Assembly: GCA_963837925.1 (NCBI GenBank)
Contig: CAWIPK010000005.1
Coordinates: 79,376 to 143,375 of the forward strand
DNA length: 64,000 nucleotides
Direction: 5' to 3'
Source: an uncultured Chloroflexia bacterium
GTDB taxonomy: Bacteria > Chloroflexota > Anaerolineae > CG2-30-64-16
Positions 28,990 through 38,166 of this stretch are shown here, piece by piece (within the stretch, counting starts at the first letter, position 1; each line of letters opens with the position of its first letter). The position numbers and the translations under genes were made by a program. The notes beneath the pieces were generated by a model that was not told where the DNA came from, did no database searches, and was given only the letters and a program-made list of their open reading frames with translations.

Positions 28990-29844
28990 ATGAATCGCAC
29001 CCGGTCGATCTTCCTATTGGCGTTGGCAGCCGCACTGCTGATCCTGGCTAGCTCTCTGGCCCGGCAGGTGATCAGCCCTGACCACCTGCTTCAGATCTAC
29101 GTCGCCAGCACCATCTTCGCCGGCGGCGTGGTGTTGCTCGACGTTGCCGGAGTGCTCGGCGGGCATCACGCCGACGGTCTTGGCGGCCACGATGCGACCG
29201 GCGAGGATTTCGCGGGCCATGATCTTGGTGGTCAAGACCTGGGCGGCCATGATCTTGCAGGAAACGATCTCGGCGGCCACGACCTCGACGGTGACGCCGG
29301 GAATGGCTCGGCCGCTGGCCACGAAGGAGCACAGGCGGACGATGCCGGCGGCCATGACGGCGCGGCGAGCGATGGGCAGACGGCGAGCGCCGCGCACGCG
29401 AGCGCCGCGCACGCGAGCGCCGCTCGCGCCCCCGCTGCCACTGTGGCCCCCATCCTGTCTGTCCTGGCTTACTTGCGTCTGCTCGTCTACTTCTGCCTGG
29501 GCTTCGGTCCGGCCGGCTGGGCCGGCCTGGCAGCCGGCTGGGGCCCCCTGCGCAGCTTGCTGTTGGCCGTTCCGGTCGGGTTGCTGGCTCTCATCCTCGC
29601 CCGCGCCTTCTTTCGCTTTCAACGCCGGGACACTGGCGCCGTGCCGGCTGAGATCGACCTGCTGCGCGAGCAGGCAGAGGTGATCGTCCCGCTGGACGAC
29701 GCGATAATGGGCAAAGTGCGTGTCAGCGTGGGGCAGAGCGTATCCGATCTCTATGCGCTGGCCTCCGAACGGGGCCGCCATTATGAACGGGGCGATGTCG
29801 TGCAGATTGTCGAGGTGACGGACGACTGCGTGCATGTGCGTTGA
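28990..29844 (+). CDS. NfeD-like membrane protein (partner of SPFH/flotillin proteins) with an inserted His/Asp/Gly-rich repeat region.
   Basis: ATG at 28990 after AAGGGGGAG (ORF open from 28960). N-terminal TM helix, central GGHxDxLGGHDL repeats, two further TM helices, and a C-terminal OB-fold tail (IMGKVRVSVGQSVSDLYALASERGRHYERGDVVQIVEVTDDCVHV) comparable to B. subtilis YuaF. It lies directly upstream of the flotillin genes, matching yuaF-floT synteny. Confidence 0.7.
   Translation: MNRTRSIFLLALAAALLILASSLARQVISPDHLLQIYVASTIFAGGVVLLDVAGVLGGHHADGLGGHDATGEDFAGHDLGGQDLGGHDLAGNDLGGHDLDGDAGNGSAAGHEGAQADDAGGHDGAASDGQTASAAHASAAHASAARAPAATVAPILSVLAYLRLLVYFCLGFGPAGWAGLAAGWGPLRSLLLAVPVGLLALILARAFFRFQRRDTGAVPAEIDLLREQAEVIVPLDDAIMGKVRVSVGQSVSDLYALASERGRHYERGDVVQIVEVTDDCVHVR
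29150..29340 (+). repeat. Imperfect tandem ~18-nt coding repeats (ggcggccaygaycttg...) that encode the GHDL/GHDA His-rich repeats of NfeD.
   Basis: Sequence ggcggccacgatgcgacc / gcgggccatgatcttggt / ggcggccatgatcttgca / ggcggccacgacctcgac. Confidence 0.6.
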
Positions 29845-29952
29845 TCCTTCAAACCCGGTTCGCCTGCGCTCGACGAGCGTCGAACGGGCGCAGCCATTAC
29901 CTGATCGCCGGCCGGCTGTACCGACGATTCCATCTGCTGAAGAGGAGGCAAA

Positions 29953-31370
29953 ATGTCTGACGGTAGTGCTGTGGTGATGGTTACGGCCATCGCGGGCGGC
30001 GTGCTGGCCCTGATGCTGTTCTTGATCGTGCTCGGGCTGCTGCGCTCCCTGGTGCGCGTCTGCCCATCCAATCAGGTCCTGGTCGTCACCGGTGGCACGG
30101 AGACCGTGGTCGACGGCCGTAAGTACGGTTTCCGCATCCAGAAGGGCGGCTGGACGTTGGTCATTCCATTCATCCAGACCGCGCAGGCGATCGACCTCAC
30201 CATTCTACCCATCAACGTGCGGGTCGAAGGGGTGAATTCGGCCAACGGCATTGCCGTGGGCGCGGATGCAACGGCTTGCGTTTGTATCAACGATATGAAC
30301 GACACTTTGCTCTACAGCGCCGTGCAGCAGTTGTTGGGCAAGTCCCGGACCCAGATCAAAGACCAGATCCAGCAGACGATGGTGGGCAACTTCCGGGCGG
30401 CGCTCAACAAGACGACCCCGCTGCAGGCGATCGGCATGGTCGAGAGCGCCGAAGGCGTGAACGACGTCGAGCTGGCCGATACCGCCGGTGGGCGCGCTGC
30501 CGGTTCAGTAGCGGAATCGGACTCGGCGAACGCGCCATTTTTCGGCGCTTCCTGCTCGAGGACTGCCGCCAGGACTTGAGCGCCTTCGGCATGGAAGTTG
30601 TCTCTGTCTCCTTGCAGCGCATCTGGGATGACTCGAACTACATTGCTAACCTGGCCAACAAGACGCTTTCCCGCAAACGGCAGGAAGTTGAGATCGAGGA
30701 GGCCCGCCTGCGGGCACGCGCCGAACAGGCCGAGTCTGACGCCGGCCGGCGGATGCTGGTGGCCGAGAACGCGGCCAACGAGCGCATCCTGGCCAAGCAG
30801 CAGGAGGTGGAGCTCTACCGGCGGCAGTGTGAGGCCGAGGTGCGGCGCGCCAAGCTGGAGGCCGACAGTGGTATCGCTCAGGCCGCCAACGGGGGCCAGC
30901 GGCTTGTCCAGGAGGTGCGCGGTGACCTGCAGGTGCTCAAGAACCGCTCCGAGGTGACGCTGGCCGCGGAAGCGCAGCGCCGCTGTGCCGAGGTGCTGGC
31001 CGGTGGCCAGTCCCAGGCCGTGGAGATCGTCCAGCGTGCGCGCAACGCGCTGTTGCAGCAGAAGGTCGATCTGCTGCAGCGGACCGGTGACAAAGGCAAG
31101 ATCGCGCTTTTCATCACGCAATTGCCCTCGTTGTTCCAGGCTTACCAGTCGCACGCTCAGAAGCTGTCCGTGGACGAGTACCTGGTGCTGAGCGAGGATG
31201 ACGGCTTCAACAACGCCGTCAATCGCGGCCCGGCTGCCATGGTCGACTTTATGCAGCGTCTGGAAGAGGGGTTCGGCATCAGCGTCAAGCAACTCCTGTC
31301 CACTTCCGCTTCACCTGCGCCGGCCACATCATCGGCCGAGCCGGGGCCTGCCGCTGCGAAGGAGGCTTGA
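29953..31370 (+). CDS. Flotillin-like SPFH/band-7 protein (FloT-like). Its reading frame is interrupted by a 92-nt insertion at 30436-30527.
   Basis: ORF 29953..30579 covers the TM and SPFH N-terminal part (colinear with FloT up to GNFRAALNKTTPLQAIG). ORF 30276..31370, in another frame, continues exactly where FloT continues (ERAIFRRFLLEDCRQDLSAFGMEVVSVSLQRIWDD..., coiled-coil, C-terminal region). Removing 30436-30527 restores ...LQAIGERAIF... in one frame. Confidence 0.7.
30436..30527 (+). other. 92-nt insertion flanked by the 5-bp direct repeat TCGGC (30431-30435 and 30523-30527). It disrupts the first flotillin gene.
   Basis: The 92-nt length is not a multiple of 3, which accounts for the frame change. 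It has no counterpart in FloT or in the second flotillin paralog in this window. No terminal inverted repeats are evident. Confidence 0.55.
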
Positions 31371-32629
31371 AGATGCTTGCCTTTCTGGTTACACTGCTCG
31401 TTCTGATCCTGATCACGCTGTTCTTACAGCTGGTCATGAAGATGAAACTCGTCCCGCCCAGCCGCCTGGCGGTGGTGCACGGCAAGGGCAAGAGCTTCCG
31501 GATCTATCGCGGCGGCCGCGTCTTCGTGTTCCCGCTCGTAAACCGCTTCAGCACGATGGATCTGACGCCGCAGACCAATACCGTGATCGTCGAATCGGCC
31601 ATCGCGCGGGGCATCGTCCCGCTCACCGTCAAGGCGACGGTCAGTTATGCCGTTTGCCGCTCCGAGCGTGGCATGATCAATGCCGTGAAGCGCATCCTCT
31701 ACCTGACGCATGACTGGGCCGAGTTGAACAACATCGCGACCTCCATGATCGAGGGTCACCTGCGCGATTCGATCGCCGCCATGACGCCCGAAGAGGTGAT
31801 GAGCCACAAGGATCGCCTGATCCAGAACATGATCCAGACCTGCAAGGCCGACCTGGAAGGCATCGGTCTGGAGATCACGACGATGAACATCGCGGACGTG
31901 GAGGATCACCGGCTGGAAGGCGTCAAGGAACCCGATCTTTACATCGCTTTGCTCAAGCGCATCCAAACGGCCAATGCCGAGAGCCAATCGCGCGAGGCCA
32001 AGGCTACGGGGCGAGCCGCTGCCAAAGAACAGGAAGAGAGCCGCCGGGCCGAGGTTGCCATTCGCGCCCTGGAGAACGAGCGTCAGAGCATTGAAGCCCA
32101 GACCCGGGTGCGCCTGGCGACCGAGAACCAGCGCAAGGCGGTGGGCGTGCAAGAGGCGACGCGCAATGCCGAGTCCGACGTAGCCGGCCTGCGGGCCCAG
32201 GTTGAGGCCGAAAAACAGAAGGTTGAGATGGTGAAGGCGCAGTTGGAGGCTACCACCATCATCCCTGCTCAGGCCGACGCCGACCAGATGGTCCAAAACG
32301 CCAGCGGCGAGGCGGCCGGGATCCAGGGACGGGCCCAGGCCGAGTTGAGCCAGCTTTGCGCGACTGTCGACATACTGCAGCGGGGCGGTGACGAGGGGCT
32401 GACGACTTACGTTATTGAGAAGTTCGGCGGCCTGGTGCAGGCCTTCGCGGAGACGATGGACCTCTTCCCGGCCCAGCGCGTGTCTGTGATCGCCGGACGG
32501 CGGCCGGAAGACGGCCCCATCTCGGCGATCCACCCGGGCGCGATCGACGCCAACCTGAACCAGCGCATCTCGGACGTGCTCGGGGCCATTGCCGGCCAGG
32601 CGCCGGCCAAGCTGCCCGCGGGCAAATAA
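31367..32629 (+). CDS. Second flotillin-like SPFH/band-7 protein.
   Basis: Starts with a 4-nt overlap (ATGA) on the previous gene. TM helix, SPFH core (IEGHLRDSIAAMTPEEVMSHKDRLIQNM...LEGIGLEITTMNIADVED) and an Ala/Glu/Gln-rich coiled-coil. 420 aa. Confidence 0.8.
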   Translation: MKMLAFLVTLLVLILITLFLQLVMKMKLVPPSRLAVVHGKGKSFRIYRGGRVFVFPLVNRFSTMDLTPQTNTVIVESAIARGIVPLTVKATVSYAVCRSERGMINAVKRILYLTHDWAELNNIATSMIEGHLRDSIAAMTPEEVMSHKDRLIQNMIQTCKADLEGIGLEITTMNIADVEDHRLEGVKEPDLYIALLKRIQTANAESQSREAKATGRAAAKEQEESRRAEVAIRALENERQSIEAQTRVRLATENQRKAVGVQEATRNAESDVAGLRAQVEAEKQKVEMVKAQLEATTIIPAQADADQMVQNASGEAAGIQGRAQAELSQLCATVDILQRGGDEGLTTYVIEKFGGLVQAFAETMDLFPAQRVSVIAGRRPEDGPISAIHPGAIDANLNQRISDVLGAIAGQAPAKLPAGK

Positions 32630-32656
32630 GCGCCGGCGCAGAAGGCTAAGCCGGAA

Positions 32657-32704
32657 GGAACGGCACGGATCGAGAGACAGCCGTCTTCTCGTCCGTGCCG
32701 TTCC
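32657..32704. terminator. Long palindromic hairpin between the convergent flotillin-2 (+) and fba (-) genes. It is a candidate bidirectional terminator.
   Basis: 13-bp arms ggaacggcacgga / tccgtgccgttcc with a structured 22-nt loop. The flanking U-tracts are weak. Confidence 0.45.
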
Positions 32705-32765
32705 CCGTTAGCTGCCATGTGCGCTAGCCGAAGGCCGGTTGATCGGGCCCTGGCTGCCGGGACGG

Positions 32766-33713
32766 CTAGGCGAGCTCGGGCTGAAGCATTCGGATCTGGC
32801 CGGCGCTGCCCAATTTCTCGTTCTTGTGCGCGATGAACCTGGCGTATTCGTCCATAAAGATTTTGCCGGGATCGCGCAAATCGAACTTTTCGGGATGGTC
32901 GCGGAAGAACTCGCGGTGCACGCGCGTCCACACCAGGCGGCCGTCGGTGTCGATGTTGATCTTGGTCACGCCCAGCTCCGCCGCCCGCTTGAACTGGTTC
33001 TCGTCGACGCCCTTCGCGCCGGCCAGCTTGCCTCCGGCGGCGTTAATGCGCGCGACCTCGTCCTGGGGGACCGAGCTCGAGCCGTGCATGACCAGGGGGA
33101 AACCGGGCAACCGTCGCTGAATCTCCGCCAGGACGTCGAAGTGCAGGCCCTGTGAGCCGCTGAATTTGAAGGCGCCGTGGCTGGTGCCGATGGCGCAAGC
33201 CAGCGAGTCGCAGCCGCTGCGCGTCACGAAGTCCTTGGCCTGCTGGGGATTGGTCAGCTTGGCTTCGGCTTCGCTCACCTGCACGTGTTCCTCCACGCCG
33301 CCGAGTTGCCCCAGCTCTGCCTCGACCACCAGGCCGCGTGCATGAGCGGCGTCGACTACTCGGCGGGTGACCTCGATGTTTCCTTCGTAGGGTAGCGAGC
33401 TGCCGTCGATCATCACCGAGCTGTAGAAGCCGCTGTTGATGCAGTCCATGCAGGTTGCTTCGTCGCCATGGTCCAGGTGCACGGCGAAGATCGCGCTCGG
33501 GAAGATGTCGTTCGCCGTGCGGATCAGCGCCTCGAGCATGTTCTTGTGCGTATACCCGCGGGCGCCCTTGCTGATCTGGATGATGAACGGCGCCTGGCTT
33601 TCGATGCACCCGCGGAACAGGCCCATCGTCTGCTCCAGATTGTTGATGTTGTACGCGCCGATGGCGTATTTGCCATATGCCAACTCGAACAGTTTCTTCG
33701 TGGTAACGATCAT
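32766..33713 (-). CDS. fba: Class II fructose-bisphosphate aldolase.
   Basis: MIVTTKKLFELAYGKYAIGAYNINNLEQ ... HLDHGDEATC ... MHGSSSVPQDEV is colinear with class II FBA. 315 aa. RBS GAGGT. Confidence 0.9.
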   Translation of the reverse strand: MIVTTKKLFELAYGKYAIGAYNINNLEQTMGLFRGCIESQAPFIIQISKGARGYTHKNMLEALIRTANDIFPSAIFAVHLDHGDEATCMDCINSGFYSSVMIDGSSLPYEGNIEVTRRVVDAAHARGLVVEAELGQLGGVEEHVQVSEAEAKLTNPQQAKDFVTRSGCDSLACAIGTSHGAFKFSGSQGLHFDVLAEIQRRLPGFPLVMHGSSSVPQDEVARINAAGGKLAGAKGVDENQFKRAAELGVTKINIDTDGRLVWTRVHREFFRDHPEKFDLRDPGKIFMDEYARFIAHKNEKLGSAGQIRMLQPELA

Positions 33714-33762
33714 GATAACCTCGTTGGAGTAAGGGGAATCGTGTTAAAACGCACAACTAACA

Positions 33763-33791
33763 ATTATAGCTCTCTTTGGGCTTATTGTAAA
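33763..33791 (-). promoter_or_regulatory. Sigma70 promoter for fba on the minus strand: -35 TTTACA (33791..33786), 17-nt spacer, -10 TATAAT (33768..33763).
   Basis: The reverse complement reads ..TTTACAataagcccaaagagagcTATAATtg. The leader is ~45 nt. Confidence 0.55.
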
Positions 33792-33972
33792 ATCATCTGC
33801 TCTCCCGCTCTCCATCCACGAGGCGGGCGCGGCCCGAGCGCACCGGCACGCTTACGTGGGTGCGCTCGTGTGGGTTCCTGCAAACGCGCTCGCCCGGATG
33901 CGTCGGCGTATCCCGATTGCTCGCGCCTGGCCTTTCTCTCCGGCCGCGAGCGACTGTGCAGTCAGCCCCGGT

Positions 33973-35196
33973 CTAGGACGTCTGCATCTGGCCGAGAGTC
34001 ACCTGCACAGTCATCTCCTTGTTGTTGCGCAGGATCGTCAGGGTGATTTTGTCGCCGGGATTGTGAGCCTGGATCAGTTGCGGGAGTCCGGAGTCGCCTA
34101 CCACCGGCTGATCATCCACCTTGGTGATCACGTCACCCTGCTGCAGACCTGCCTGCGCGGCCGGACCACCTGGGGTCACCTGCAGCACGACGGCGCCACT
34201 CTTCACACTGACACCCAGTTGGGCGGCGATCGGCGGATTCAACGGGACATAACCGATGCCCAGTGAGGGGTGCGCGACCTTGCCGTTCTTGACCAATTGG
34301 TCGGCAATCGGCTTGGCCGTGTTCATGGCGATCGCGAAACCGATACCCTGTGCCGGCACGCCCGGCTCGGCCTGCCCGGCCACCAGGGTGTCGATGCCCA
34401 CGACCTGGCCGGCCAGGTTGGTCAGCGGTCCGCCGGAGTTACCGGGATTGATCGGGGCGTCGGTCTGGATGACGTCGAACAGGAATGGGCCATTCGAGGC
34501 GTTTCCGCTCAGCCCGCCCGGCCCACCGCTCGAGCTGCTGCCCGGTTCCTGCACTGTACGCCCGAGCGCGCTGACCACACCCGCCGTCACTGTCGGGCCG
34601 CCGGGCAGCGCCAGCGCGTTGCCGATCGCGACCACCCAGTCGCCCACCTGGAGCTTGCTCGAATCGCCCAACTGCGCTACGGGCAGGTTGTCGCCGCTGA
34701 TCTGGATCACGGCCAGGTCTGTCTGCGGATCGGTGCCGACCACTTTGGCAGGGAACGAGCGCCCGTCTGGCAGCGAGACCAGCAGCTTGGATGCGCCCTC
34801 GACGACATGGTCGTTCGTCAGGATGTGGCCCTCGTTGTCGTAGATCACGCCCGATCCCACGCCGGCCGGTACGGTAAATGGCTGGTTGAACTGCGAGTAC
34901 TGCGTCTGCTGGTTCGTGATCTGCACCACTGCCGGCTTGACCGCCAAGGCTACGTCGCGCACTGCGGTAGACAATACAACAGCCGCGGCCGGGGGGTTGG
35001 TTGCCGCTGGTGCTGGGGCTGCCGGCGCGGCGCTGTTGGAGGGCGCGACGGGCTGCGGCGTTGGCGTTGGCGGTGGCGGTAACGTCGGGGTCGGGGTCGG
35101 ACTTGCACCCGAATTGCAGGCCGAAGCGAGAACCAAGATCAAGAGGCTTGCGATCAGCAATCGCCATCCACTCCGTTTCATTCGCTGCATCTTCAT
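33973..35196 (-). CDS. HtrA/DegP-family trypsin-like serine protease with C-terminal PDZ domain, secreted or lipid-anchored.
   Basis: Start MKMQRMKRSGWRLLIASLLILVLASAC (ORF open to 35295). Pro/Thr linker, trypsin-2 core (ILTNDHVV ... GNSGGPL), PDZ (GAVVLQVTPGGPAAQAGLQQGDVITKVD). Confidence 0.85.
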   Translation of the reverse strand: MKMQRMKRSGWRLLIASLLILVLASACNSGASPTPTPTLPPPPTPTPQPVAPSNSAAPAAPAPAATNPPAAAVVLSTAVRDVALAVKPAVVQITNQQTQYSQFNQPFTVPAGVGSGVIYDNEGHILTNDHVVEGASKLLVSLPDGRSFPAKVVGTDPQTDLAVIQISGDNLPVAQLGDSSKLQVGDWVVAIGNALALPGGPTVTAGVVSALGRTVQEPGSSSSGGPGGLSGNASNGPFLFDVIQTDAPINPGNSGGPLTNLAGQVVGIDTLVAGQAEPGVPAQGIGFAIAMNTAKPIADQLVKNGKVAHPSLGIGYVPLNPPIAAQLGVSVKSGAVVLQVTPGGPAAQAGLQQGDVITKVDDQPVVGDSGLPQLIQAHNPGDKITLTILRNNKEMTVQVTLGQMQTS

Positions 35197-35408
35197 GTAC
35201 CCGAATCCTTTCGTGCCAGTTCTTTTTTCCCGGCAGCATTTTGGATGTGGATTCTGACCCCTCCCGGTTGGCCCACCAATCACTATAAATGGCAAGCGCC
35301 CGGGACGAAAGTTGCCATTACTACCTTTGTGCCGCGTCTCACACGGACCGGCGGCTGTAAGCCTGACCGCGCCTCACGCCTCTCGTTTTTTCGTTTGGCG
35401 TTTTCCGA

Positions 35409-35417
35409 TGCTACAAT
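35409..35417 (+). promoter_or_regulatory. Extended -10 (TGcTACAAT) upstream of the aminotransferase gene.
   Basis: Sequence gaTGcTACAATgg sits 44 nt before the ATG. The -35 is weak. Confidence 0.35.
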
Positions 35418-35460
35418 GGCCGGGTTCTTTCGCACGCATCCTGTCCCTGGAGGTTTCTGC

Positions 35461-36645
35461 ATGAAGGATCGCAAGCTCCTGATGATCCCCGGCCCGATCG
35501 AGTTTGATCCTGCCGTGCTCTCTGCCCTCGGTTCCCCGACCACCAGTCACACGGCTCCTGACTTTGTTGACGCCTTCGGGCAGGCATTGGAGCGCATGCG
35601 CCAGGTCTTTCTCTCGACCGATGGCCAGCCGTTTGTCCTGGCCGGTTCCGGGACGTTGGCCATGGACGCGGCCGGCGCGAACCTCGTCGAGGTGGGTGAC
35701 CGGGTGCTGGTGGTGAACACAGGCTACTTCAGCGACCGCTTCGCGAGCTTGCTCGAGCGCTACGGAGCACGGGTCACCCAGGTGCGCGCCGCCGTCGGCG
35801 GGCGCCCCTCGCTGGGGGAGGTTGAGGATGCTCTGCGAGGAAACCCGCCCAAGCTCCTGGTCATCACCCATGTCGATACCTCCACCGGAGTGATCGCCGA
35901 CGTTCAGGGGCTGGCCGCGCTCGGCCGGCAACACGGCGCACTGGTCGTGGTGGATGGCGTGTGTTCGGTGGCCGCCGAGGAGTTGAGGATGAGCGAGTGG
36001 GGCGTCGATGTCGCGCTCACCGCCTCTCAGAAGGCGATCGGCGTGCCCCCCGGTCTGGCCCTGCTGATGGCCGGGCCGCGTGCGATGGCGGCCTTCCAGA
36101 CGCGCCGGACGCCGGTCGGCAGCTACTATGCCGACTGGAACAACTGGTTGCCCGTCATGCGGGCCTACGAGGCCCGCCAGGTGGCCTATTTCGGTACCCC
36201 CGCCGTGAACCTCGTCTGGGCGCTCAACGTTAGCTTGGCGCAAATCCTGGCCGAGGGCCTGGAGGCGCGCTTCGCCCGCCACCGGGCCCTGGCTCGTTCG
36301 CTGCGTGCGGCCGTTTCAGCCTTGGGCCTGACCCAGGTCCCGCTCGAGGAGCTTTTCGTCGCCAGCACGATGACCGCGCCGCGCTTCCCGGTGGGCGTGA
36401 CCGCAGCCGGCTTCTTGCCACGCGTCTCGGCAGCCGGCGTCACCCTGGCAGGCGGGCTGCACCCGGCCATCAAGAGCGAGTACTTTCGGGTCGGCCACAT
36501 GGGCTCGACCAATCTCGGCGACATTCTCGCTACCGTCGGCGCCATCGAAACCGGCCTGGAAAGCTGCGGACACGCCTTCGCCTGGGGGGCGGGGGTCGCC
36601 GCCGCGCAGGCCGCGTACCACGAGGCCAATCCGCAGCCGGCCTGA
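35461..36645 (+). CDS. Class V (PLP-dependent) aminotransferase of the alanine-glyoxylate / serine-pyruvate aminotransferase type.
   Basis: MKDRKLLMIPGPIEFDPAVL start with RBS GGAGG. PLP-lysine region TASQKAIGVPPGLALL. 394 aa. The ORF is open upstream to 35245. Confidence 0.85.
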   Translation: MKDRKLLMIPGPIEFDPAVLSALGSPTTSHTAPDFVDAFGQALERMRQVFLSTDGQPFVLAGSGTLAMDAAGANLVEVGDRVLVVNTGYFSDRFASLLERYGARVTQVRAAVGGRPSLGEVEDALRGNPPKLLVITHVDTSTGVIADVQGLAALGRQHGALVVVDGVCSVAAEELRMSEWGVDVALTASQKAIGVPPGLALLMAGPRAMAAFQTRRTPVGSYYADWNNWLPVMRAYEARQVAYFGTPAVNLVWALNVSLAQILAEGLEARFARHRALARSLRAAVSALGLTQVPLEELFVASTMTAPRFPVGVTAAGFLPRVSAAGVTLAGGLHPAIKSEYFRVGHMGSTNLGDILATVGAIETGLESCGHAFAWGAGVAAAQAAYHEANPQPA

Positions 36646-36748
36646 CGCGGTCCGATCGGCGGCTGGGCTCGCCAGAAAGCAAAGAGGCCCGGGAACGGGC
36701 GGCGCGAGAACGGACGGCGGGAGACCCGGGCGATTTCGCGCCCTGTGC

Positions 36749-36778
36749 TTTGCGTCCCCGGCCTCTTCGCGGTAAAAT
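36749..36778 (+). promoter_or_regulatory. Candidate promoter: TTTGCG, 18-nt spacer, TAAAAT. The predicted TSS falls at or adjacent to the GTG of the small ORF, giving a leaderless or near-leaderless transcript.
   Basis: Sequence cTTTGCGtccccggcctcttcgcggTAAAATcccccGTG. Confidence 0.35.
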
Positions 36779-36784
36779 CCCCCG

Positions 36785-36991
36785 GTGCAACGTAAGATCT
36801 TGAAGCGCGTCACTTCCTTCAGGGACGCCGGCTGCGGATTGCTGACCATTCTCCTCGTGACGCTTCCGCTCTGGGTGATCACGCTTGCCCTGCGCGGGCC
36901 GGTCTTCGCGCTCGGCGCCCTGGCAGTTCTGGTTCTGGTGGTCTTTGCGATGGGCTGGCTCAACAGGGTGCTGGGCGAGAGACGCGACTGA
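36785..36991 (+). CDS. Small hydrophobic protein (68 aa, two predicted TM helices). Its stop overlaps the GT4 start codon (TGATG).
   Basis: ORF MQRKILKRVTSFRDAGCGLLTILLVTLPLWVITLALRGPVFALGALAVLVLVVFAMGWLN. GTG start. Stop/start overlap with the downstream gene. Confidence 0.35.
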   Translation: MQRKILKRVTSFRDAGCGLLTILLVTLPLWVITLALRGPVFALGALAVLVLVVFAMGWLNRVLGERRD

Positions 36992-38166
36992 TGCGCATCG
37001 CTCTTGTTGCTCCTTTTGGCCTGCGCGCCAAGGGCACCGGGCGTGCGCGCGCGCTGCCCCTCGGGCGGGCACTTGCACGCCGGGGTCACCAGGTTGCTCT
37101 GTTTGTTCCGCCCTACGACGGTGCTGCAGATTCGGGGTTGTGCTGGCCGGACGGTGGCGTAGCGGTGATCAACGTCCGTCTGCCCGCAGGCTTTATGCTC
37201 TCTCTACCGCCCCTCGCGCCCCTCTGGCAACTGGTCCTCGCCTGGCGGCTGGTGCTTGCCGTGCGTGCCTGGCGGCCGGAAGTGGTCCACGTTTTCAAGC
37301 CCAAGGGTCCCTCGGGCCTGGCCGGCGTGGCCTTCTGGCTGCTCAGAGATCGGCTCGTAATCGACACAGATGACTGGGAAGGGCCGGGTGGCTGGAACGA
37401 CGACCCCCGCGCCGGCTATTCCGCACTGCAACGCCGGTTCTTTGCCTGGCAGGAGCGCTTTGGCCTTTCGCATGCCCGGGCCTGGACCTCCGCCAGTCGC
37501 TGTCTACGCCGGCGGGCTATCGACTTCGGCGCGACCCAGGGCCGAGTCTTTCTTCTGCCCAATGGCATAGACGAGGACCCGCTGCCGGCCGGTGCAGCGC
37601 TGCCTGCTGACCGGCAAAGAGCGTGTGAAGGGCTGCGCGTGCTGCTCTACACGCGCTTTGCCGGGGTGCGCGTCGCAGCTGTGGTCGGCATCTGGCGGCA
37701 GGTGATCGCTGCTTGTCCGGCGGCGCGGCTGACCGTCGTCGGGCAAGGGCTCGCCGGTGAGGAGAACGAGCTGGTGCCGAGGATGGCCAATGTCGAACTC
37801 GCCGGCTGGCTCCAGCCCACGGAGATGCCGGCCCTCTTCGCGCGCATGTGCCTCGCAATAGTGCCCTGGACAGACACGCCCGCGAACCAGGCGCGCAACA
37901 GCGCCAAGGTGCTGGAGTTGATGGCTGCCGGCCTGCCGATGGTGGCCTATGCGGTCGGCGAATTGCCGGCCACGGTGGGCGGCGGCGCTGTCCTCGTCCC
38001 GCCCGCCGACGAGATGGGATTCGTTCGGGCAGTGGTTGGCCTGCTGAACGCGCCCGAGCGAGCGGTTCAGCTCGGCGCCGAGGCGCGCCGGCGGGTGCTC
38101 GCCGAATATACTTGGGACAAGTTGGTGGAGCGAGCGCTCGAGGCGTATGAGAGGACGATGACGTGA
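36991..38166 (+). CDS. GT4-family glycosyltransferase.
   Basis: N-terminal Glyco_trans_4-like region (MRIALVAPFG...GRALARRGHQVALF). C-terminal Glycos_transf_1 region (ELMAAGLPMVAYAVGELPATV). 391 aa. Confidence 0.8.
   Translation: MRIALVAPFGLRAKGTGRARALPLGRALARRGHQVALFVPPYDGAADSGLCWPDGGVAVINVRLPAGFMLSLPPLAPLWQLVLAWRLVLAVRAWRPEVVHVFKPKGPSGLAGVAFWLLRDRLVIDTDDWEGPGGWNDDPRAGYSALQRRFFAWQERFGLSHARAWTSASRCLRRRAIDFGATQGRVFLLPNGIDEDPLPAGAALPADRQRACEGLRVLLYTRFAGVRVAAVVGIWRQVIAACPAARLTVVGQGLAGEENELVPRMANVELAGWLQPTEMPALFARMCLAIVPWTDTPANQARNSAKVLELMAAGLPMVAYAVGELPATVGGGAVLVPPADEMGFVRAVVGLLNAPERAVQLGAEARRRVLAEYTWDKLVERALEAYERTMT

Noticed and set aside
30436-30527. The 92-bp flotillin insert as a MITE
   Set aside because: No terminal inverted repeats are detectable and there are no other copies in this window. 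It is kept as an unexplained insertion, type 'other', not a mobile_element.
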